64,000 nucleotides of DNA, from the NCBI RefSeq assembly GCF_018350175.1, contig NC_058368.1:148554001-148618000 (forward strand). Direction: 5' to 3'. Each line of letters starts with the position of its first letter. Position 1 is the stretch's first letter. Below are positions 53,588 through 64,000 of the stretch, piece after piece. Made by a program: the position numbers and the translations under genes. This DNA comes from Felis catus. Its lineage: Eukaryota. The notes beneath the pieces were generated by a model. It was not told the origin of the DNA. It saw only the letters and a program-made list of their open reading frames with translations, and made no database searches.

Positions 53588-55455
53588 CAATGCACAGAAA
53601 TTGGTTGCATTCCTATATACCAACAATGAAGTGACAGAAAGAGAAATCAAGGAATCGATCCCATTTACAGTTGCACAAAAAACCATAAAATACCTAGGTA
53701 TAAATCTAACCAAAGAGGTTAAAAATCTATGCACTGAAAACTATAGAAAACTTATGAAAGAAATTGAAGAAGACACAAAAAAAGGAAAAAAAAATTCCAT
53801 GCTCCTGGATAGGAAGAACAAATATTGTTAAAATGTTGATATTACCCAAAGCAATCCACATATTCAATGCAATCCCTATCAAAATAACACCAATATTCCT
53901 CACAGAGTTAGTACAAATAATCCTAAACATTTCTGGAAGCAGAAAAGACCCCGAATAGATAAAGCATTCTTGAAAAAGAAAACCAAAGCAAGAGTCATCA
54001 CAATCCCAGACTTCAAGCTATACTACAAAGCTTTAATCATCAGGACAGTATGGTACTGGCAAAAAACAGACACTAAGATCAATGGAACAGAATAGAGAAC
54101 CCAGAAATGGACCCACAAATGTATGGCCAACTAATCTTTGATAAAGCAGGAAAGAATATCCGATGGAATAAAGACAGTCTCTTCAGCAAGTGGAGCTAGG
54201 AAAACTGGACAGCAACATGCAGAAGAATGAACCTGGACCACTTTATTACACTATACACAAGAATAAACTCAAATGGATGAAAGACCTCAATGTAAGATGG
54301 GAACCATCAAAATCCTGGAGGAGAAAGCAGGCAAAAACCTCTTTGATTTTGCCCGCAGCAACTTCTTACTCAGCACATCTCCAGAGGCAGGGGAAACAAA
54401 AGCAAAAATGAACCACTGGGACCTCATCAAAATAAAAAGCTTCTGTATAGAGAAGGAAACAATCAGCAAAACTAAAAGGCAACCAACAGAATGGGAGAAG
54501 ATATTTGCAAACGACATATCAGATAAAGGGTTAGTATCCAAAAACAATAAAGAACTTATTAAACTCTACACACAAAAAACAAAAATAATCCTGTGAAGAA
54601 ATGGGGAAAAGACATGAATAGACACTTCTCCAAGGAAGACATCCAGATGGCCAACCGACACATGAAAAAATCCTCAACACCACTCATCATCAGGGAAATA
54701 CAAATGAAAACCACAATGAGATACCACCTTACATCTGTCAGAATGGCTAACATTAACAAGTCAGGCAACAACAGATGTTGGCGAGGATGCAGAGAAAGAG
54801 GATCTCTTTTGCATTGTTGGTGGCAATGCAAGCCGGTGCAGCCACTCTGGAAAACAATATGGAGGACTGTTTAAAAATTAAAAATAGAACTACCCTATGA
54901 CCCAGCAATTGCACTACTAGGCATTTATCCATGGGATACAGGTGTGCTGTTTCAAAGGGACACAGGCACCCCCTGTTTACAGCAGCACTATCAACAATAG
55001 CCAAAGTATGGAAAGAGCCCAAATGTCCATCGATGGATGAATGGATAAAGAAGATGTCGTATATATATATACAATGGAGTATTACTTAGCAGTCAAAAGG
55101 AATGAAATCTTGCCATTTGCAACTACGTGGATGGAACTGGAGGGTATTATGCTAAGTGAAATCAGTCAGTCAGAGAAAGACAAATATCATATGACTTCCC
55201 TCATATGAGGACTTTAAGAGGCAAAACAGATGAACATAAGGGAAGGGAAACAAAAATAATATAAAAACCCGGAGGGGGACAAAGCATAAGAGACTCATAA
55301 ATATGGAGAACAAACTGAGGGTGGCTGGAGGGGTTGTGGGAGGGGGGATGGGCTAAATGGGTAAGGGGCATTAAGGAATCTACTCCTGAAATCATTGTTT
55401 CACTATATGCTAACTAATTTGGATGTGTATTAAAAAATAAATTAAATTAAAAAAA
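53588..55455 (+). mobile_element. 5'-truncated L1 (~1.9 kb), same lineage as the full-length copy
   Basis: ORF2 C-terminal half and same-type 3'UTR; degenerate TSD aaaaacctgactca / aaaatcatggctca. Confidence 0.96.
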
Positions 55456-55824
55456 ATCATGGCTCAGAGAACTGCAGGCTAACAATTAACCAATTATTAG
55501 TTTTTTGTTAGTGCATCCATGACAATTAACCAGTTATTAAACTGATTTTTAACTTTTGTATAAATTTACTCTCTTCGAAAATGAAGAGTAATTTTAAGAC
55601 AGGCAGAGTAAATTAGTATATTTATGCATATATTCATGGGCCACGTCTTCAAGTAATTGTTTGCAATGATAGTTTAAATTGAACTAAATGAAAAACTAAT
55701 GACATTTTTATCTGGATTTGTTTTTCTACTCTGTGTTATAGATAAGAGTGGTTTTAGTTCATTGACGACTGGTTTTTATAATTATTCTATAAGTAGCTGA
55801 TAACAATTAGGAAAATGTACTAAG

Positions 55825-56330
55825 AGAGGTTTCTTAAGCACGTCCCTCAGGATGTTGATGTGAGTAACCCAAGAAAAGGAAACTTATCTTCATGTAAATT
55901 TAGGAAAATTGGTTTAAGCAAAGTTAAAATAGTTTCTCCACTGTCAGGTATTCTGAATTCTTTGATATGTTATGGTATTTTGTCAACCTACAAAAGAAAG
56001 AAATATTTGTATATTTCTCTAACACATTTTAACTGAGAACCGTTTTCTTTTATGGAACATAGCTCAGGACCACTATAACACAGAAGAATTTTGGAAGGCA
56101 AGACAGACTTTTTTTTTCTTTTCTCTTCATTAGAACAGCCATAGAGGGGAAAGGAAAGGGGGTTAATATGAATGGTCTAGAAAGGTCATGGTCAGACAAA
56201 TTTAGGAAACATTGGTTTTAAACAGACTTTAAACAAGGGATTTGGAATCAGAGCATTTATTTTGGAACACTGACCTACTGTACATTAACCCTTTGAGATC
56301 TGGAGGGTCACAACTTCTTTTGCTCTTATA
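55825..56330. mobile_element. hAT DNA transposon relics (MER112-like; one near-complete, one partial)
   Basis: Twice 'aaatttaggaaa..tggttt.a..a.a..t.aa'; recalled resemblance only. Confidence 0.5.
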
Positions 56331-56522
56331 TTTTGTATCTCTGAAATAGAGTGTTTGTACTAATAACCTCCATGTGCAATTTTAACACCTAATAAAACAG
56401 TGACTGAATTTAGGCCCACTGATCATGAACTTGTTTCTTCTCAAGCACATTCATTTTGGGAAATGTAGATACTGATAGATGAAATGACAGTTAAAGAAGA
56501 CAATCCTTTAATTATTGGGGAG

Positions 56523-56995
56523 TGTTATTGCTTAAATGGTGTCCCTCTCCAAATCACATATTAAAATCTTAAACCCAGTCCCTCAGAATATGAAATTACT
56601 TGGAAGTAAAAGAGTTACAGATGCAATTAATTAAGTTAAAATGAGGTCTCACTGGAGAAGGGCAGACCCCTAATACAATATTACCTGTATTCTTATAAAA
56701 AGTAAAATTTGGACATAAACACACATATATTCAGGAAGAATGCCATGTGATGATGAAGACAGAGATCAGGGTGATGATTCTACAAATCAAGGAGTGCAAA
56801 AGACCGTGAGCAAGCCAACAGAAGCAAGAGGATAGGTATTGAATAGATTCTGCCTCGCAGTTTCATAAGGAATCAACCCTGCCAGCACCTTGTTCTAGAA
56901 ATTCTAGCTTCCAGAACTGTGAGATAATATAATTTTATTTTTTAAGGCACCCAGTTTGTGGTGCTTTGTAATGGAAGCCCTAGTAGATTAATACA
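56523..56995 (+). mobile_element. MaLR solo LTR (MLT1B/C-like)
   Basis: TG...CA ends, perfect 5-bp TSD gggag (56518-56522 / 56996-57000), 'cttccagaactgtgaga', 'cacccagtttgtgg'. Confidence 0.92.
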
Positions 56996-58001
56996 GGGAG
57001 CAAGAAAATAGGAGGAATATCATAACAAGACTTATGTATTACTATGTATCTGTGCACAAAAGACAATGTGATTTCCATCCATATAGGAAATCTAAAAAAA
57101 AAAATCAGTTATTACACAATTATTTTCAATTTGAATTGATTCTTAAACTGACAGTATTTTAAAATGTCTCATGACATGACAGAGGTTAGAGCTGAAACAC
57201 AGTGCAGGAGTAGTGAGTCACTCAAGCCTCCCCCCTCACACCTACCTCTCAATCACTCCTGAGGGAGGATCTGAGGCACAGGCACACTTCAGCACCTGGG
57301 ACACCAGTGTAAAACTAACTGAGTTTCACAAGACACCATGCATGCCCTCCTTCACCTTCAGTACTTCTTCCAAAACTTATCAGCACCATCACCTTTGTTT
57401 GAGTTGTTTTGCTCATTGGCATTAATACAACATCTTAGTAATATCCATATGACACTATGTCACTTTAACAACTGCAGTGATAATAAAAATAATACTATTC
57501 ATGGTAACAGCATTAGTTGAATATTTTTCATATATCTCAGGTACTCTTCCAAATACTATTAATATTTATTCATTCTATGTATTCTAGACCAACAGTATGA
57601 AATAAATTCTAGTAAGTGGTAAGCCAGAAATCAGGATTAGAACTCAGATGAATTACAAACCAATTCTAAACAAATAATTTATAATACTGTAAACCGCTGT
57701 TATTCTTCAAACTCATAAATATGCATATATTTTCAATGATATATGATTGGGGTAATATATAGACAGTACAGTTTGTGTTGGTCTTTGTCTATAAGTTTAC
57801 AACTTCATCAAGTTTTTATGTATCTTACTACAATAATGAATACTGGGGACTATATTGTACCAAATAATAATTCAGTAAATACTCTAAACAGGATTTAGTG
57901 TTTGAACATTGAATGAAGAATTGTGATAGTTTTGCTTGTTTTCTTTTTTGTTATAAGTATCTTTTAAGGAAGCATGCGTATTGAAGAATAACAGCTTTCT
58001 T

Positions 58002-58226
58002 TGTTTTAATTTTTTAAAATATTTATTTATCTTTGAGAGAGAGGCATACAGAGTGTGAGTCGGGGAGGGGCAGAGAGAAAGAGACACAGAATCTGAAGTA
58101 GGCTCCAGGCTCTGAACTGCCAACACAGAGCCCGATATGGGGCTCGAACTCATGAACTGTGAGATCAAGACCTGAGCTGAAGTTGGATGCTTAACTGACT
58201 GAGCCACCGAGGAATTCAGCCCCTGC
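58002..58226 (-). mobile_element. CAN-SINE
   Basis: Perfect 17-bp TSD agaataacagctttctt. Confidence 0.96.
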
Positions 58227-58489
58227 AGAATAACAGCTTTCTTATCAATGCCACTAACAGTAAACATGAATGGATTATAAATTATTCTTCTGTGCAAACC
58301 AGCAACGGCATATAAAAACACACATAGAACTCAAAGTGCAGAAATAAATTAACTTGGTAATTGCACATAACAAGACTACATAATATAATTCTGATAATGG
58401 TATTTTAATTCTCAAATCTCTCGTGAATTAGTTAGTAAAAGAAACAAGAGAAATCCAGGTTTATATTATCGCTCATTTAATATTTTTCA

Positions 58490-58600
58490 CATATGTGATC
58501 TTGGCAAGTTACAACCCCGTTGGAGCTTATTTCACTCTTAGTAAAATAAAAGGTTAGATTAGGTGACTGGTAAAATTATTTTTAACTCCAAAGTGTAAGA
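58490..58600 (+). mobile_element. MIR/MIR3 fragment
   Basis: 'tgtgatcttggcaagttac...gtaaaataaaaggttagattagg'. Confidence 0.5.
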
Positions 58601-59119
58601 TTATATAATATAGCGTATGTAGCGTTCTAATTTTACCTGTTATTTATAACCAAAAACCTTAATTGCCTATTAGCTGGTTATCTGAATGGCAAAAGAATGT
58701 GAACTTTTATTTTAAAAATCATCTTAACTGTCATATCTACCTGTAAATGAAAATGTAAATATAAACAAATGTAAATGTATATAGTTAAAAGAAGTAAAAT
58801 CAATTTTACATAAAGTTTATTTAACTGCTAAGATGTAAATCTAAACACTTATTGTTTTGGTAGGTAGCCAAAATTAAGAACCGTACTTTGAGAATTGATT
58901 TTTTTTTTAATAGGCAATGAGGGGACATTTTCAGATACCCAAAGAATTTAGACCAATTGATAAGATCATACAGATTATCAATAACTTATTATTATATCAT
59001 GTACATAACCTTCAAAAATGTACAGGCATATATACCAAAAATAATTATTTAATATCATGTTTACTTCTTATAAATGTTTGTAGGCATTTTTGTCTTTCTC
59101 CAATTTAAGCACTTAAGTC

Positions 59120-59337
59120 TTAATAATAATTTTTTTAATGTTTATTTTTGAAAGAAAAAGAGACAGAGCATGAGTGGAAAGATGGACAGAGAGAGATGGT
59201 GACACAGAATCTGAAGCAGGCTCCAGTTTCTGAGCTGTCAGCACAGAGCCCAGCATGGGGCTGGAACTCACGAACTGTGAGATCATGACCTGAGCTGAAG
59301 TCAGATGCTTAACCAACTGAGCCACCCCAGGTACTCT
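59120..59337 (-). mobile_element. CAN-SINE
   Basis: TSD aagcacttaa. Confidence 0.95.
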
Positions 59338-59797
59338 AAAGCACTTAATTTTGACTAATTTATTATTTACTAAAATACATATTTAAATTGTTAGTTCAAG
59401 AATAAGGTACAGAAAATTTAATTTTTGAAGTCTTCAGTACCTGATAATACCCTTTTGATTTTTTCTTGCATTCTGTACATTTTTAATTTATTAGAAAATA
59501 CTTTCTAATAAGTTTAGAATTTTGTTTTTTGAAAACTGTAGAAAGGATTGTATGATTTCTGCCATTTCATTTCTGATAAATTTTTTGGTTGCAAAAATAT
59601 TCTTCAAGTAAATATTTTATTATAAATACACAATAATAAAGGGACAGAGTATGTTAAAGAAAGGAGATGTTAAAAATGTGTATATAATATACAACTTAAG
59701 AAACAAAATTATTGCTACCAAAAAAAAAAAAAATCAGAATACCCTTTCAGTATGACATTTATCTTTCTTTTCCTGACTCCAGATACACCAAGCCTAA

Positions 59798-60278
59798 TTT
59801 TTCTTTTCTTTTTTTTCTTTTTTTTTCTTTTTTTTTTTAAAGTATATTTTTGAGGGGCGCCTGGGTGGCTCAGTCGGTTAAGCGTCCAACTTCGGCTCAG
59901 GTCATGATCTCACGGTCCGTGGGTTCGAGCCCTGCATCGGGCTCTGTGCTGACCGCTCAGAGCCTGGAGCCTGCTTCAGATTCTGTGTCTCCCTCTCTCT
60001 CTGACCCTCCCCCATTCATGCTGTCTCTCTTTGTCTCAAAAATAAACATTAAAACAAAAGATTTAAAAAAAATAAATACAGTATATTTTTGAGAGAGAGA
60101 CATACACACACAGCACAAGCAGGGGAGGGGCAGAGAGAGAGGGAGACAGAGAATCTGAAGCAGGCTCCAGATTCACACAGATTCCGAGCCTGACAAGGGG
60201 CTCGAAACCCACGAACTGTGAGATAGGGACTTGAGCCGAAGCTGGATGCTTAATCGACTGAGACATCCAGGCACCCCC
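59798..60278 (-). mobile_element. CAN-SINE whose tail is split by an opposite-strand SINE
   Basis: Body at 60085-60278, T-rich tail at 59798-59850. Confidence 0.88.
59854..60079 (+). mobile_element. CAN-SINE (young, nested)
   Basis: Perfect TSD agtatatttttga at 59841-59853 / 60080-60092. Confidence 0.96.
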
Positions 60279-61156
60279 AAAATTTTCTTTTAAGCATTCA
60301 TTTCCTTTTGTATTTGTATTCATTAACTCAGTGTGTGAGTATTTTATTCTTATTTTAGCATTTATAAAGTTTATCTTCTTTCACATATTAAGTGTTTTAT
60401 TTCACTCTCTTCAGCTTTATTTCTTGTGAGTTTTTTTGTTTTGTTTTTTGTTTTTATAGATGACACCACAATGTCCCTACTATTTTATAATATCAGTTTC
60501 TAAAGTTTTACCAGTGTATAGACAGGCATTGGTTTCTTTTTATTTTGTTTGTAATTACTGAGATTCTGGAACTAAATTTAGTTGTCTTGCAATAATTCTG
60601 GAAAAGATCTTGGGCATTATCTCTTCAAATATCACTTTTCCATCATAGTATCTATTACCTTGTTGTGAGCCTCTTGTTAGATATGTAGGAGATATTTTCA
60701 AGCCCTTTTTCCATGTTTCTTAACTGCTCTTTTAAATTACTAGTCTACCCATCCTTGAACTTAGTGCTCATAAATTCTTTTGGAGTTTTCTTAAATTTCA
60801 CTAATTCTTGTTTTAGCCGAGCATAAATTAACACTTAAGAAACCAAATCTATATTTACTTTTCAATCTTTTTTATTTTCATTTTTTCTTTTAACATTTTT
60901 TCATAGTTTTAAATCGTATTCCTTGAAACGTATCAAACATATGTACTTAAAATTATTTTAATAGCTCCACTTACACATTTCCTGATACTTTCAAAATCTA
61001 AAATCTTGATAGGTCAAATACTTTTTTTCTTCTATTTCTGTTAAGTCTCCCTTCTGGTGCTTTAATTTCTTGTTAGTTTGTAATTTTTAAACAAAGCTTT
61101 AAAATTTTATTGGTGAGTACACTGATGACCTGAGATAAACTTGAGAAGATCCCTAT

Positions 61157-61368
61157 GGGGCACCTGGATGACTCAGCTGGTTAAACATCTGACTTCAGCT
61201 CAGGTCATGGTCTCACAGTTCCTGAGTTTGAGCCCCACATAGGTCTCTGTGCTGACAGCTCAGAGCCTGGAGCCTGCTTCACATTCTGTGCCTCCCTCTC
61301 TCTCTGCTCCTTCCTGCTCATGCTCTGTTTCTCATAAATAAATACACGTTAAAAAAATTTAAAAAAAA
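61157..61368 (+). mobile_element. CAN-SINE
   Basis: Head, CT tract, tail; degenerate TSD agaagatccc / agaacatccc. Confidence 0.94.
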
Positions 61369-61614
61369 GAACATCCCAAGATCAATATTACTTTAATTTT
61401 CCACATTATTATTATTTTTTGAAAATGGGATCACATAGAAACTGTTGAGTATAAGTTTTAAATTCAGGAGAAGCCTTGTTTGAGTTCACTCATTCCCTCA
61501 GCAGGTTTTTACTCTCCATTCATCTCTAAGTCAAGAAAGGAAAAATTATTTTCTGATTGTTCATGTTTACTTTATTATTTATTTGTTTATTGTGAAAGGG
61601 TTTATTCTAATTGG

Positions 61615-61860
61615 CTCTTTATTGTAGTAAAATATACATAACATGAAATTTGGCATTTTAACCATTTTGTAAGTGTAGAATTCAGTGTCATTAGTTCATA
61701 ATGTTCTATAAACATGACCACTACATCCAAAATTTTTTTATGATCCCAAACAGAAACAATATGTCCATTAAACAGTAATTGTCCAAGTCCCTGGTAAATC
61801 AAATCTATTTTCTGTCTCTATGAACTTGTCTAATATCAAGATTTCATAAATGTAGAACAT
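61615..61860 (-). mobile_element. L1MB-like 3' end
   Basis: 'ttattgtagtaaaatatacataacatgaaattt..cattttaaccatttt..aagtgta'. Confidence 0.8.
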
Positions 61861-62645
61861 ATTTTGCAATGACATGGATGGAGCAAGAGAGCGTTATGCT
61901 AAGCAGAATAAGTCAGTCAGAGAAAGACAAACACCATATGACTTCACTCATAGGTGGAATTTAAGAAATAAAACATATGTGGGGCACCTGGGTGGCTCAG
62001 TCAGTTGAGCACGTGACTCTTGATATCAACTTAGGTCATGATCTCACGGTCCATGGGTTGAAGTCCTATTTTGGGCTCTGGGTTGGCAGTGCTCAGCGGG
62101 ATTGGGATTCTCTCTCCCCCTCTCTCTCTATCCCTCCCCTGCTCATGCTCTCTCTCTCTCAAAATAAATAAATAAACATTTAAAAAAATAAATAAAACAG
62201 ATGAACTCAGGGGGATAAAATAAAAAGAGGGGCAAACCAGAAAACAGACTCTTAACAATAGAGAACAAACTGAGGATTACTGGAGGGGAGGTCAGTGGGG
62301 TCGGTGGGAGGTGAGCGGGTTAAATAGTTGGCAGGTATTAAGGAGGACACTTGTGATGAGCATTGGGTGTCCTATGTAGGTGATGAATCACCAAATTCTT
62401 CACCTGAAAGAAAAGAAAGCATATACTAAAAACCTTAAAAAAGAGAGGGGGGTGGTGTTAATTATAGAGAAAAGACTGATGATTGCCAGGGTAGGGGATT
62501 AGAGGGATGGGTTAAATAAGTGATGGTGATTAAGGAGTATTGTATGTAAAGTGCTGAATCACTAAATCCTATACTTAAAACTAATATTATGCTGTATATT
62601 GACTAACTGGAATTTAAATAAAAACTTGAAAAAAATAAAATAAAA
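61861..62645 (+). mobile_element. Carnivoran L1 3'-end fragments (two tails), with nested SINE
   Basis: 'tttgcaatgacatggatgga...gagaacaaactgagg...gatgagcattgggtgt'; second 3' end at 62470-62645. Confidence 0.8.
61981..62190 (+). mobile_element. CAN-SINE
   Basis: TSD aaataaaacatatg / aaataaaacagatg. Confidence 0.94.
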
Positions 62646-62789
62646 TGACTAATATGTAGATAAAAAATTGGAAGAAAGAGAGATTTTGAATATCTAAGAG
62701 TAAAAAATACATGAAAAAGTCATTCTGGGTAACCAATAATAAAAAGTAATCAATAAACAAGAGACTCTTCAGTGTGAGAAAACTCATTA

Positions 62790-63335
62790 TGATAGGCAAC
62801 TAAGAAAACCCCAAAACCTAGGCCTTTGGTGTATACACACCTTCTCATAGTTATTCAGTTAAACATTAATTAGGTATGGCAATGAAGGTACTTTGCATAT
62901 ATAATTAAGGTTTCAAGTCGGGTGACCTTAAGAAGAGATTATCAGGTGGGCGTGGCCAAATCACATGAGCCCTTTAAAACAAAGTTTTCTACAGCTAGTT
63001 GGAGAAGAAAAAACTATAGAGGTGTATTCTTACAAGCCTGGAAAAAAGCAATCATGTGTGCTGTGAATTGCCTTCATGTGTCCAGCTGCAAACAACTATT
63101 GGCAGCCTCGAGGAGCTGAGAGAAGTCCCTGACCAACAAGTAAATGGAAAACAGGAACTCAGCTCACAACTTGAAGAAGCTGAATTCTGCCAATTATGAG
63201 TTATAAAAGAGACCCCAAGCTCTAACTAAAATTACATCCCCAGTCAACACCCTGATGTCAGCCGATTGAGACCAACCAGAGAATAAAACAATGCCATGAC
63301 TGGAATTTGGACCTACAGATAAATGCTTGTGACAT
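62790..63335 (+). mobile_element. MaLR LTR (MLT1E-like)
   Basis: 'tttgcatatataattaagg...gagattatcaggtggg...aatcacatgagccctttaaa', 'ctgaattctgccaa'. Confidence 0.75.
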
Positions 63336-63339
63336 ATAT

Positions 63340-64000
63340 TTTAATTTTTAAAAATAATTCACATATAATACCATTCACCCATATACTATGTTTGTTGGTA
63401 CAATTAGAGAATTGTAGATAATCACCACAATTTCAGAGAATTTATATCACCTAAAAAGAAACTCCATACCCATTATCAGTCATTCTCCATTTTTCCCAGT
63501 CCAATCAGCCCTAGGTTATCACTACCTAATTTCTGTTTCTAAAGATGCATCTATTCTTATACAGTATAGTATGACAAGGTCCTTTGTGACTATCTTCTTT
63601 ATTTAGTATAATGTTTTCCAGGTTCATCTATATTGTAGCATATATAAGAATTCTATTTCTTTTAATGCCAAAAATTTTTCCATTTTATGTATATACTATA
63701 TTTATCCATTCATTAGTTGATGGACATTTGGTTTGTTTCTACTCTTTGGATATTGTGAATAATGCTGCTATAAGCATTTGCGTAAGAGTTTTTGTGTGTA
63801 TATGTGTTTTCTAATTTTCTAGATATATATCTAAGAGTATATGTGTTTTCTAATTTTTTAGATATATCTGAAGTGCTGGGTTTTATGGTCTATATTTAAC
63901 ATTTTACAAAACTGCCAAAATGTTTTCCAAAGTGGCCACACAAGTTTGCATTCCCACCAGCAATGTATGAATGTTTCTATTTTTCCACATTCTCACCAAT
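63340..64000 (-). mobile_element. L1MB-like 3' region, runs off the window end
   Basis: 'ttatccattcattagttgatggacatttgg', 'actgccaaaatgttttccaaagtgg...cattcccaccagcaatgtatga'. Confidence 0.88.

Noticed and set aside
20115..62258. Recurrent short ORFs beginning MAQSVK/MAQLVK...AQVMIS
   Set aside because: Chance translations of CAN-SINEs, not a gene family
63797..63872. Short tandem duplications (also ~13960, ~30680, ~35340, ~45265, ~55480)
   Set aside because: Two-copy slippage duplications; not arrays and not CRISPR-like

Overview
AT-rich mammalian DNA, almost certainly from a feliform carnivoran and probably a felid, judging by the CAN-SINE/SINEC and L1 variants. I find no host protein-coding gene, RNA gene or prokaryotic feature; it reads as gene desert or deep intron. 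Nearly all ORF-track hits are pieces of L1 ORF1/ORF2, SINE read-through or microsatellites. Contents: one full-length but inactivated L1 (3961-10597), several truncated, inverted or deleted L1s, about 27 CAN-SINEs, MaLR LTRs, L2/MIR/MER relics and two ancient ERVL-class proviral remnants lying tail-to-tail. Highlights: (1) a minus-strand provirus with class III (ERVL-type) RNase H plus a gamma-type env TM (ISD, CX6CC remnant, anchor), split by an L1; (2) an apparent ~300-bp L1 3' transduction; (3) two L1 copies 45 kb apart sharing an ORF2 frameshift inside a low-divergence tract, suggesting gene conversion or trans-mobilisation; (4) a twin-primed 5'-inverted L1 nested in a SINE tail. Repeat family names come from recalled resemblance, not a database search.
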